NCBI GenBank assembly: GCA_963662585.1
Contig: OY759729.1
Coordinates: forward strand, 2,048,001 to 2,112,000
Source of the DNA: Candidatus Cloacimonadales bacterium
GTDB taxonomy: Bacteria; Cloacimonadota; Cloacimonadia; Cloacimonadales; JAFGVF01
Direction of reading: 5' to 3'
DNA length: 64,000 bases
The notes beneath the pieces were generated by a model. That model worked only from the letters and a program-made list of their open reading frames with translations, did not search any database and had not been told where the DNA came from. A program made the position numbers and the translations under genes. How positions within the stretch are numbered: position 1 is the stretch's first letter; every line of letters starts with the position of its first letter. Below, piece by piece: positions 10,018 through 19,154 of the stretch.

Positions 10018-11034
10018 ATGTTAGAAAGAGTAAGTAGTCCTAATGAAAACAATGAAGAAAAAGATTTTGATAGAGCCCTCAGACCTAAATCACTAAGTGA
10101 TTTTGTTGGCCAAGACCATATAAAAGAATTATTAGATATCTCTATCAGAGCAGCAAAACTCAGGAATGAACCACTAGATCATATCTTGCTATATGGCCCT
10201 CCAGGCTTAGGTAAGACAACATTATCAAATATTATTGCTAATGAATTAGGGGTTGAAATAAGAGTTACTTCAGGTCCAGTATTAGATAAGCCATCTGATT
10301 TAGCAGGTATATTAACTAATCTGCAAAAGTATGATGCCCTCTTTATTGATGAAATTCATAGACTTAATCATGTTGTGGAAGAGTATATTTATCCAGCAAT
10401 GGAAGATTTTCAGATGGAAATAATTTTAGATAGTGGGCCATCAGCTCGTTCCCTGCAAATAGATTTAGAACCATTTACTATGATTGGGGCAACCACTAGA
10501 GCAGGGTTATTGACAGCTCCCTTAAGAGATAGATTTGGCTTAGTACTTCGCCTAAACTACTATGATCAGCCTGCTATAGAACAGATTATCAGACGCTCAG
10601 CTTCTATCATGGAAGTTCCAATTGAGGATGAAGGTGTTCAAGAATTAGCACGAAGATCTCGTGGTACTCCTCGTGTTGCTAATCGTCTTTTAAGAAGAGT
10701 GAGAGATTATGCTCAGATTAAAGGTGATGGTATAATTACTTGGGATATTGCCTTAAAAGCCCTCAAAATGCTCAATGTTGATGAAGAAGGACTCGATGAA
10801 ATGGATAAGAAAATCTTGCTGACAATTATTGAGAATTACAAGGGTGGTCCGGTAGGAATAAAAACTTTAGCTGTCGCAGTGGGAGAAGATGCTGGAACTA
10901 TAGAAGAGATATTTGAGCCTTATTTAATTCAAAAAGGTTTCTTAGAGAGAACAATGCAAGGAAGAAAGGCCTCTTTCAAAGCATATAAACATTTCAAAAT
11001 AGAGCTCAAAGAAGAACAGATAAGTATTTTTTAA
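10018..11034 (+). CDS. ruvB: Holliday junction branch migration DNA helicase RuvB
   Basis: Motifs LRPKSL, GPPGLGKTT, LFIDEIHRL, GATTRAG and RGTPRVANRLLRRVRD. Confidence 0.98.
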   Translation: MLERVSSPNENNEEKDFDRALRPKSLSDFVGQDHIKELLDISIRAAKLRNEPLDHILLYGPPGLGKTTLSNIIANELGVEIRVTSGPVLDKPSDLAGILTNLQKYDALFIDEIHRLNHVVEEYIYPAMEDFQMEIILDSGPSARSLQIDLEPFTMIGATTRAGLLTAPLRDRFGLVLRLNYYDQPAIEQIIRRSASIMEVPIEDEGVQELARRSRGTPRVANRLLRRVRDYAQIKGDGIITWDIALKALKMLNVDEEGLDEMDKKILLTIIENYKGGPVGIKTLAVAVGEDAGTIEEIFEPYLIQKGFLERTMQGRKASFKAYKHFKIELKEEQISIF

Positions 11035-11061
11035 CCAGAAATAATTTATTAAAATAAAAAG

Positions 11062-11088
11062 AAAGGGGAGATGGCGATCTCCCCTTTT
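11062..11088. terminator. Bidirectional terminator between convergent ruvB and rpoD
   Basis: AAAGGGGAGAT-ggcg-ATCTCCCCTTTT with A and T tracts on either side. Confidence 0.8.
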
Positions 11089-11108
11089 ATAGTTCTAAAT
11101 TCTAATTA

Positions 11109-12854
11109 TTATGTTTTAAGGTTAAAGTTATTAATGAACTCTTGTAGAATAGAAGCTCTAGTTGGGTGTCTTAATTTCTTTAAGGCTTTATCCTCAATCT
11201 GTCTTATTCGTTCTCTGGTAACATTAAAGATATTTCCCACTTCTTCCAAAGTTCTATGGAAACCATCATCAATACCGAATCTTAATCTAATAACTCTCTC
11301 TTCACGAGGGGTAAGAGTTTGAAGAACTTCATCAACTTGTCTTTTAAGAAGTGAGCGTTCTGCTAATCTTTCCGGAGAAATAGTAGATTTATCTTCAATA
11401 AAGTCACCAAGAATACTATCTTCAGAATCATTACCAATAGGTTTATCTAAGGAGACAGGTTCTTTAGAGATGTTAAGAATAGATTTAACTTTATCAATAG
11501 GCATTTCGAGAGCTTGTGCAATCTCTTCCGGGAAAGGTTCCCTACCGAGTTTTTGCATAAGTCTTCTAGATGTACGATTAATCTTATTGATAGATTCTAT
11601 CATGTGGACAGGAACCCTAATAGTTCTTGCTTGGTCAGCAATAGCACGAGTTATAGCCTGTCTGATCCACCAAGTGGCATAAGTAGAGAACTTATATCCC
11701 TTTTTGTAATCGTACTTCTCAACAGCTTTCATTAAGCCTGTATTACCTTCTTGAATTAAATCTAAGAAGTCAAGTCCTCTGTTATTATATCTTTTAGCAA
11801 TAGAAATAACCAATCTTACATTGGCTTCAATCATATCACTTTGAGCTCTCTCTTTAGTCCTTTCTCCTCTCTCAATTTCTCTGAGTAAAAAGACTAATTC
11901 ACTAGCAGTCATTCTAGTTTCTAATTCAACACGGCGAATCTTTCTCTTAGCATTCTTAATTTTTCTAAGTGTTTCGATAAAGAGATTTGGGTCAATATTA
12001 GTTTCAACCTGAACTTCTTCAAACTCTTCATCGGACTTTTTAGCTTTTCTACCAAAAGAACAAATCTCTTCAACAGTATATTTCTTGATTCTAGTAATCT
12101 CTTCAATTATCTTATTAGATTCAAGAATTCTATCTACTAGACTACGAACTCTATATACCAATCTTTTAATAAGCTTATCGTTAAAGACAAAAGTAGAAAA
12201 AAGCTCAACTATTCTATCACGATTAGAGTCAATCTCTTCTTGTCTGGCAGCTAAGCCAGTGTCATCAAAATCAGTATTATTAAGTATTTCGCCAATTACA
12301 TCAAAGCACTTTTCAATTTCATTAAGTCTGTCTTTGAAAATCTGAATTATCTCATCAGGTTTTTTATTATCTAATTCAGTTCCAAAGTCAATTTTGAAGA
12401 TTTGATCTAATCTAATTCTTTTCTCTTTGAAACGGTGTAGGAAGTTTTGCATTTCCCTAAGGGTAGAACCAGAGAGATAGACATTATTAGTTATCATTTT
12501 GTGATATACTTCTATCTTCTTGGCAACTCTGATTTCTCCTTCACGATCTAATAGCGGGACCCTACCCATCTCTTTGAGGTACATACGAACAGGGTCATCA
12601 TAGTACTTTCGAGTTTTAAGAGTTTTAGATTTCTTCTCTTTTTTAACCTTTACTTGTGCTTTGCTAACTTTGTTTTCAGTTTCATCAATGACTTCGATAT
12701 TCTCTTGCATAAGATCAAAGAGAATGTCATCAATTTTATCTAAAAATATTGGATTTGCAGGGATGAGTTCATTAATCTGTCTAAAAGTAATGAATCCAGC
12801 CTCTTTACCAATTTCAACTAATTTTTTAATACAATCATTGTAAGTTAGCATCAA
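11109..12854 (-). CDS. rpoD: RNA polymerase primary sigma-70 factor RpoD
   Basis: Region 1.1, [11 protein letters not shown], a non-conserved insert, [38 protein letters not shown] and TLEEVG...[10 protein letters not shown]. Confidence 0.97.
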   Translation of the reverse strand: MMLTYNDCIKKLVEIGKEAGFITFRQINELIPANPIFLDKIDDILFDLMQENIEVIDETENKVSKAQVKVKKEKKSKTLKTRKYYDDPVRMYLKEMGRVPLLDREGEIRVAKKIEVYHKMITNNVYLSGSTLREMQNFLHRFKEKRIRLDQIFKIDFGTELDNKKPDEIIQIFKDRLNEIEKCFDVIGEILNNTDFDDTGLAARQEEIDSNRDRIVELFSTFVFNDKLIKRLVYRVRSLVDRILESNKIIEEITRIKKYTVEEICSFGRKAKKSDEEFEEVQVETNIDPNLFIETLRKIKNAKRKIRRVELETRMTASELVFLLREIERGERTKERAQSDMIEANVRLVISIAKRYNNRGLDFLDLIQEGNTGLMKAVEKYDYKKGYKFSTYATWWIRQAITRAIADQARTIRVPVHMIESINKINRTSRRLMQKLGREPFPEEIAQALEMPIDKVKSILNISKEPVSLDKPIGNDSEDSILGDFIEDKSTISPERLAERSLLKRQVDEVLQTLTPREERVIRLRFGIDDGFHRTLEEVGNIFNVTRERIRQIEDKALKKLRHPTRASILQEFINNFNLKT

Positions 12855-12860
12855 ATCTCC

Positions 12861-14582
12861 TCAAGTTAATAAATTATTCACTATTGCAGTGTCTAAGCGT
12901 AAGATATCGTTTTTAATATTCTGTTTCTTTTCCAAAAGTTCTGTTGTAAAACCATTAGCTTGAATCAGCTTGTTAACAACATTTAAATCATTTTTTAATT
13001 TACGGAGCTTTATATCTTTGATGATGTGCAGGATGTCTCTTTGAGGTTCACCTAAAAGAACTAATTCTACTGCAATGTTTTTTAAACTCTCGTCTTTAAA
13101 AAAATCTATAATTTGGGAATGTGTAAACAATTTTAAGAATTCCTCATTTTCTGTCAAAGTATTAAACATTTTTTTATAATTTACATCAAAAAAGTAATCT
13201 GAATTAAGGATTTCGCAAATATTTTTTAACTCTTCGGGAAAATTAAGCATATATTGGAATAATTCCTTCTCTTCAAGATGTTCAGAAAGAGTAAATTGAC
13301 TAGAAGATTTTGGTCTTGATATTACTTGTTTCTGCTGATTTACAGAGGCTTTAAGCGAGTTCTCATTGATTCCGAACTCTTCCCCAATGTTTTTTATCAA
13401 CATTTCTCTATCAATAATGTCTGATATCTTACTTACGCTTTCCAAAAGTAGTTTAATTTTATCTTTATTTTCAGTGGCTAAAAGAGTTGTCTCTTTTACA
13501 TATTTTATAAATGGGAGAGGCTTCTCAATCAGCTTATCAAGATAATCTTTTCCCTCTTTGAGCAAGATAGAATCAGGATCATCACCTTGAGGAAGAGAAA
13601 TTACTTTAGCATTAAGTCCAAGCTCGATACATTTTAAGCCACTGCTGATAGTTGCTTTGCGTCCTGCGTCATCACCATCATAAAGTAGGTAAATATTTTT
13701 ACTGTATCTACTCAAGAGACTAAGCTGTTTTTCAGTAAGAGCTGTACCTAAGGCAGCCACACTATTGGTAAAGCCGTAAGAGTATAGTCGTAAGAAATCA
13801 AGGTAGCCTTCACAGATGATAGCAAAATTAACTTTAGCAATTTCGTATTTAGTTAGGAAGAGTCCGTAAAGCTCATTCCCTTTGGTGTAGAGTTCAGTTG
13901 TAGGTGAATTTATATACTTGCCACCCATTTCCTGGTCATCTAATTGCCTGCCACCAAAAGCTACAATTTGGCCAGTATGAGAATGAATAGGAAACATAAG
14001 TCTATTTCTGAAAGCATCATATTTCCCTTTATTGCTTTCCTTGAATAGTCCGCTCTCGATAATAATCTCATTGGGAATATCTTCCCGTTTAACCTGATTT
14101 AGAAGTCCTGTAAAGCTATCAAGAGCATAACCTAATTCTAGTTTGTCAGCTAGCTCTTTTGATATTTGCCTATTACTAAGATATTTATAGACATCATCAC
14201 CGAATTCCTTTAAGTTATTAACAAAGTATTCATTAGCAATTCGGTAAATATTAATAAGCTTAGTCTTTTTTGATTCAGCTCTTTTATCATTCATAGTCTC
14301 TTTAACGGTAATTCCTACTCGTTGAGCTAATTTCTTTACTGCTTCCATGAAAGATATTTTTTCATATTCTTGCACAAAAGTGAAGACATTACCTCCTTTT
14401 CCACAGACAAAACATTTAAATATCTGTTTTTGCTCTGAAACCATCATAGACGGATTGCGGTCATCATGGAATGGACACACACCTTTATAGTTAGCGCCAC
14501 TTCTTTTGAGAGGAAGATAAGCTGATATCACATCAACGATGTTATTACTATCTCTTATTTGTTCAATTACGGAATTATCCAT
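12861..14582 (-). CDS. dnaG: DNA primase
   Basis: Zn ribbon CPFHDD...CFVC, KYINSP, TOPRIM motifs EGYLD and YDGDDAG. Immediately upstream of rpoD. Confidence 0.96.
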   Translation of the reverse strand: MDNSVIEQIRDSNNIVDVISAYLPLKRSGANYKGVCPFHDDRNPSMMVSEQKQIFKCFVCGKGGNVFTFVQEYEKISFMEAVKKLAQRVGITVKETMNDKRAESKKTKLINIYRIANEYFVNNLKEFGDDVYKYLSNRQISKELADKLELGYALDSFTGLLNQVKREDIPNEIIIESGLFKESNKGKYDAFRNRLMFPIHSHTGQIVAFGGRQLDDQEMGGKYINSPTTELYTKGNELYGLFLTKYEIAKVNFAIICEGYLDFLRLYSYGFTNSVAALGTALTEKQLSLLSRYSKNIYLLYDGDDAGRKATISSGLKCIELGLNAKVISLPQGDDPDSILLKEGKDYLDKLIEKPLPFIKYVKETTLLATENKDKIKLLLESVSKISDIIDREMLIKNIGEEFGINENSLKASVNQQKQVISRPKSSSQFTLSEHLEEKELFQYMLNFPEELKNICEILNSDYFFDVNYKKMFNTLTENEEFLKLFTHSQIIDFFKDESLKNIAVELVLLGEPQRDILHIIKDIKLRKLKNDLNVVNKLIQANGFTTELLEKKQNIKNDILRLDTAIVNNLLT

Positions 14583-14604
14583 TATATATACTCTTTTTTT
14601 TAAT

Positions 14605-16965
14605 CTACATTAGTTCAACTATTGTAACACCACTTCCCCCAGCATTTTCGGGTGGAGTGTAGAATGTTTTAACAATTCTAATTCTCTGTAAGTGTTGGCG
14701 AACCTTGGTTCTCAAGGCTCCGGTTCCTTTTCCATGCACAATTCTTAACTTTTTTAAACCTGCTAAATTGGCATTATCGATAAAATCATTAATTAGAACT
14801 TTAGCTTCATCAAAGGTTAAACCTAATAATTTAAGCTCAAAGCTTGCCTTAGGTGCAACATTGGAAGAGACAATAGATACTGTTTCTTCTTTGGCCTTAG
14901 CGTTAGCTTTTTCTCTATGCTCAGGAATTGTTAGGATGTTGTCAATTGAAGTTTTGAAAGTGATTCCATCCATATCTACTATAACTGTAGATTTACTTAT
15001 TTCAACAATGCTCGCTTCAGTCTCGAAACTCTCAACCCAGATTCTCATTCCAACTTGAGGTAGTCTGATTTTAGAACCCTTATGAGTAGATAGCTTCTGA
15101 TGTTCAGCAGATATTTCACTGTGTTTTTTAGAGAGTTTATTAAGAATTTTCTGGTTCTTAGTTTTCCTCTCCTCTTTATCTAGCTTCTTGATATTATCCA
15201 TATCTTGATGTAGTTCTTTTTGCATATCAATTAGATATTGTTGAGCTTCTTTAAGGTGCTTTTTCTTTATTTCTTTAGCCTCAGTTTCTAATTTGATGAT
15301 TTTATTTTTATATTCATCTTCTCTTCCTTTTAGAAGAGCTACTTGAAGTTGGTGTTCGTAAGTTATTTTACCTAACTTTTTCTTTTCACTTTCTAAGCGT
15401 TTTATCAAATTAGTTAACTCAACATTCTGAGTTCCTGCCAGTTCCTTTGAGCGTTTGATAATATCTTCATTTAAACCTAAACCTTCAGCTACATCAATGG
15501 CGAAACTATCTCCAGGTAAGCCAAAAACGAATCTGTATGTTGGTTTATGCTCTCTAGAATCAAATTGCATGGAAGCATTACGGCAATTCTCATTCTGTTC
15601 AGCAAAGACTTTTAAGGCTGTAAAGTGTGTAGTAATTATTCCTTTAGCCGACAACTTCTCTACTTCTTCTAAAACAGCTTGAGCTAAGGCAGAACCTTGT
15701 TCTGGGTCTGTAGAAGAACCTATTTCATCAATCAAGATGAGAGTTTTAGAATTTGCATTATCTATCATCTTCTTGATTTGACCAATATGAGAAGAGAAGG
15801 TACTTAAAGAAGTCTCTAAAGACTGTTCATCTCCGATATCAGCAAAGATATGTTCAAAAATACCTATTTTACTCTCTTTATCTGCCGGAATTGGTAAGCC
15901 TGATAGTGCCATCATCGTTAAAAGACCAGTACCCTTAAGAGTAACTGTTTTACCACCAGTATTAGGTCCAGATAGGACTAATATATTGTAATTATCACCA
16001 ATTTCTAACTGAAAGGGGATAACTTTCTCAACACCTCGCAGGGTATGAATCAAGAGAGGGTGTCTAGCTTCCTTAAGCGAAATTATAGGCTCAGAAACAA
16101 TTTGCACTTTATTTGCTTTTAGATAGTTGGAGAAAGAGGCACAGGCATAAAAGAACTCAAATAGACCTATTAATTCTGTGTTTTTAATTAAACTCTCTTC
16201 AAGAGGAAGAATCATTTGAGTGAATTTTTTAAAGATTCTGTATATTTCTTCCTTTTCAGCTTGTTTAAGGAAGGATATTTTGTTGTTCATCTCCACAATT
16301 TCTGGAGGTTCTACAAAAACAGATGCACCACTCGAAGAGCGTTCTTGAACAACTCCGCCTACAAATTTAACTTTCCCCTCTTTAATAGGAACTACAAACC
16401 TATCTCCACGAGTAGTGATAATCTTTTCTTGGAGAAATTTCTCGAATTTAGGGTCGTGCAATTTGGTGTTTAAAGTTCTCTGAATACTTGAGCGAGTATC
16501 TTTTCTACTCTTCCTAATTCTGTTTAATTCAGGGGAAGCAGTATCCAAAACATCACCCTCGGGTGAGAAAATTCTGTCATATCTATCTGTAATTTCAGGA
16601 TAAGCTTGCAGTTCTGCAAAATATCGCTTAACTTTTGGGTAGCCTTCAAAATTGGCTAATTTTTGCTTAAGAATATTTCCAATTCTAATATTAGTTATTA
16701 CTAACTGAAATTCTTCAATACTCATAATTGAACCTTTAAATTCAGAGAAGAAATACTCCAAATTAGAAAGGTCTTCTATATTAACAGATAAGCCTTCTTT
16801 GATCATTGATTGAAAGGTATCAATCATCACTGTTTGTTTATTAATTTCTGCAATATCTGAAAGAGGGACTAGCTCATCTATCTTATCTTTTCCTAGATAA
16901 CTATTACAGTGAGTTTTTATGAGTTCTTTAAGTTTATCAAATTCTAATTTATTAAAAGAGTACAT
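14605..16965 (-). CDS. mutS2: Endonuclease MutS2
   Basis: Motifs ARHPL, SGPNTGGKT, DIGDEQSLETSLSTFSSH, DEIGSSTDP and TTHF, plus a C-terminal Smr domain (IVHGKGTGALR, GGSGVT). Confidence 0.95.
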   Translation of the reverse strand: MYSFNKLEFDKLKELIKTHCNSYLGKDKIDELVPLSDIAEINKQTVMIDTFQSMIKEGLSVNIEDLSNLEYFFSEFKGSIMSIEEFQLVITNIRIGNILKQKLANFEGYPKVKRYFAELQAYPEITDRYDRIFSPEGDVLDTASPELNRIRKSRKDTRSSIQRTLNTKLHDPKFEKFLQEKIITTRGDRFVVPIKEGKVKFVGGVVQERSSSGASVFVEPPEIVEMNNKISFLKQAEKEEIYRIFKKFTQMILPLEESLIKNTELIGLFEFFYACASFSNYLKANKVQIVSEPIISLKEARHPLLIHTLRGVEKVIPFQLEIGDNYNILVLSGPNTGGKTVTLKGTGLLTMMALSGLPIPADKESKIGIFEHIFADIGDEQSLETSLSTFSSHIGQIKKMIDNANSKTLILIDEIGSSTDPEQGSALAQAVLEEVEKLSAKGIITTHFTALKVFAEQNENCRNASMQFDSREHKPTYRFVFGLPGDSFAIDVAEGLGLNEDIIKRSKELAGTQNVELTNLIKRLESEKKKLGKITYEHQLQVALLKGREDEYKNKIIKLETEAKEIKKKHLKEAQQYLIDMQKELHQDMDNIKKLDKEERKTKNQKILNKLSKKHSEISAEHQKLSTHKGSKIRLPQVGMRIWVESFETEASIVEISKSTVIVDMDGITFKTSIDNILTIPEHREKANAKAKEETVSIVSSNVAPKASFELKLLGLTFDEAKVLINDFIDNANLAGLKKLRIVHGKGTGALRTKVRQHLQRIRIVKTFYTPPENAGGSGVTIVELM

Positions 16966-16969
16966 TTAT

Positions 16970-17491
16970 CTATATAATTTCCCTATTTTTATCTAAATAA
17001 TTCTGTAAGTATTGATTGATATCTTTACCAAATACAGGTTTTAAATAGTTACTGTTAATGTATGATGAAATATGACATATTTTGGAGTCATTAATCTGTT
17101 TAGCCACAAAATCAATATTGGCAATTCCTATAAATATAACGAAAAGAGTAATCACAAACTGCATAGCCATTAAACCAAAGATTGCTCCTAATATTCTATT
17201 AAAGATGTTCAAATTCAGGCTGGAAATAAGTAACTCGATGATTTTAGTTATTAGTAAAGTAATAATGCTAATGACTAAGATTTGACCAACAACAGAAAGA
17301 ACAGTACTCCAACCATAGCTTAGTTCCCAGTTTTTTACTATCCAATCACTAAGGGGTATAGTAAATTTGCTTAAAGAGATATAGAGTATAATACCAGTAA
17401 CAAAGCTCATTAAGCCTCTGATTAATCCTTTATACAAACCCCAAACTACTAATAATATTGTACAAATAGCTAAAATAATGTCTAACATCAT
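16970..17491 (-). CDS. CvpA family membrane protein
   Basis: Motifs LDII...GLYKGLIR and NRILGAIFG, four hydrophobic segments, and the familiar position upstream of mutS2. Confidence 0.8.
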   Translation of the reverse strand: MMLDIILAICTILLVVWGLYKGLIRGLMSFVTGIILYISLSKFTIPLSDWIVKNWELSYGWSTVLSVVGQILVISIITLLITKIIELLISSLNLNIFNRILGAIFGLMAMQFVITLFVIFIGIANIDFVAKQINDSKICHISSYINSNYLKPVFGKDINQYLQNYLDKNREII

Positions 17492-17578
17492 GATGTTTTC
17501 TCCTGAATTACTCGCCTCTGCGAGATTTAATGGCTAGGCCTCTTTAATTTATTCACTTCGTGAATGTTCAATTTCAAT

Positions 17579-17611
17579 AAAAAAAAAGAGTGCCGACGGA
17601 TCAGCACTCTT
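17579..17611 (-). terminator. Intrinsic terminator downstream of rpsU
   Basis: Stem AAGAGTGC...GCACTCTT followed by a long T tract on the minus strand. Confidence 0.7.
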
Positions 17612-17698
17612 CAATCTCTTCAAATTAAGTATCTATCAAATCTATCATTAGTAGATATATCCTTAAATACAGCTACTTAATTTACCAGTCGTAAAAAA

Positions 17699-17905
17699 TT
17701 ATCTATTAAAGCGATTCATCTTCCTCATAGCTTTAACCATTTTACGCTTTGCAACATTCTCTTCTCTTCTCTTTTGGACAGAAGGTTTTTCAAAGTACTG
17801 ATTCTTCTTGATATCAGATAAGATAGCAGCTTTCTCACATCTCTTTTTAAATCTCTTTAAAAGGATATCAAAAGGTTCATTGTCTCTTCCAGTTACTTTA
17901 GGCAC
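17699..17905 (-). CDS. rpsU: 30S ribosomal protein S21
   Basis: Sequence NEPFDILLKRFKKRCEKA...YFEKPSVQKR. GTG start with a GGGGGTG SD. Confidence 0.93.
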   Translation of the reverse strand: MPKVTGRDNEPFDILLKRFKKRCEKAAILSDIKKNQYFEKPSVQKRREENVAKRKMVKAMRKMNRFNR

Positions 17906-18258
17906 TTTACATCACCCCCTTCTTTTATAGATTTTTTATTTAGAATACTACTATTATTTGCGTTAAATATCAGTCAAGATTTATTTTATGTTTTTGATAC
18001 TATTTAATGTTTCGTTTATATGATCTAGGAGAAATTTATAAGTTAGTTATATTATTCTTAACAAGGGAGAAAATATGAACAAGCTTCCAGACAAGGATTA
18101 TCTAGGAATACAGAGATTATCCCATATTTAGGACTTTCTCTATTTTCTTAACTTTTTGATTGACTTATTTACAACTAATTAATAAACTTGAATGAATTTA
18201 ATCATTAATGAATTATATAACTTAAACCCTCGCATTGAACGAGAAAAGGAGAAGTAAA

Positions 18259-19140
18259 ATGTTAAAAGGTTCTTTCGTTGCTTTAGTAACACCATTTAAG
18301 AATAATGATATAGACTACAACGCTTTAGAAGTTCTGATAGATTTCCATATTAAGAATGGAACTGATGGTATATTGCTTATGGGGACTACAGGTGAATCTC
18401 CTAATATCGCATCAGATGAGAGAGATAGGTTACTACAATTCTGTATCCAGAAGATTGATAAAAGAACAAAGATTATGGTAGGAACAGGAACTAATAATTA
18501 TCATCAAACTGTTTCATTGACTAAGAGAGCTGAGAAACTAGGTGTTGATTATGCCTTAGTTATTACTCCTTATTATGTAAAACCCACTCAGAAGAGTCTT
18601 TATGAATATTTTAAAACCATAGCAGAGCAAGTAGATATTCCTATCGTGATTTATAATGTCCCTGGCAGAACAGGTGTTAATATGAACTCCGATACAACTA
18701 TTAAATTAGCTAATGAATGCAAGAATATAGTTGGAATTAAAGAAGCAACAGGAGATATTTTACAAGCTTCTCGGATAATTAAAGAAACCAATAAGAATTT
18801 CTCCGTTATGTCGGGAGAAGATGCTTTAAATCTACCTCTTTATGCAGTAGGTTGCAAGGGTACAATTTCAGTTACTGCTAACATAATACCTGATAAAGTA
18901 CATAAACTTTGGGCTCTGTGCATGGATAATAAATGGAATGAGGCTAGAAAATTGCATGAAGAGATTTTAGAGTTAAACAATATAATGTTTATTGAAACAA
19001 ATCCTATTCCTGCAAAAGAAGCCTTGGCAATGATGGGTATGATAGATTTAGAGATAAGAATGCCACTTACTCTATTAGAAGAAAAGAATAGAGAATTGTT
19101 AAGAGAGTGTTTAGTTAAATATAAATTAATAAAGAAATAG
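18259..19140 (+). CDS. dapA: 4-hydroxy-tetrahydrodipicolinate synthase
   Basis: Motifs ALVTPF, GTTGES, PYYVKP, IYNVPGRTG, GIKEA and ETNPIP. Start set at ATG 18259, behind aaggag. Confidence 0.93.
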   Translation: MLKGSFVALVTPFKNNDIDYNALEVLIDFHIKNGTDGILLMGTTGESPNIASDERDRLLQFCIQKIDKRTKIMVGTGTNNYHQTVSLTKRAEKLGVDYALVITPYYVKPTQKSLYEYFKTIAEQVDIPIVIYNVPGRTGVNMNSDTTIKLANECKNIVGIKEATGDILQASRIIKETNKNFSVMSGEDALNLPLYAVGCKGTISVTANIIPDKVHKLWALCMDNKWNEARKLHEEILELNNIMFIETNPIPAKEALAMMGMIDLEIRMPLTLLEEKNRELLRECLVKYKLIKK

Positions 19141-19154
19141 ATTAAGGAGAAAGA

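Noticed and set aside
11071..17285. Short antisense or alternate-frame ORFs over rpoD, mutS2 and cvpA (and similar ones over groEL, hutU, sppA and others)
   Set aside because: They are nested within well-supported genes and have no motifs of their own.
17906..18258. Lysine riboswitch or leader peptide (18075-18131, MNKLPDKDYLGIQRLSHI) upstream of dapA
   Set aside because: No recognisable lysine-riboswitch core. The short ORF is not Lys-rich and lies upstream of a TTGACT promoter-like site, so there is insufficient support.
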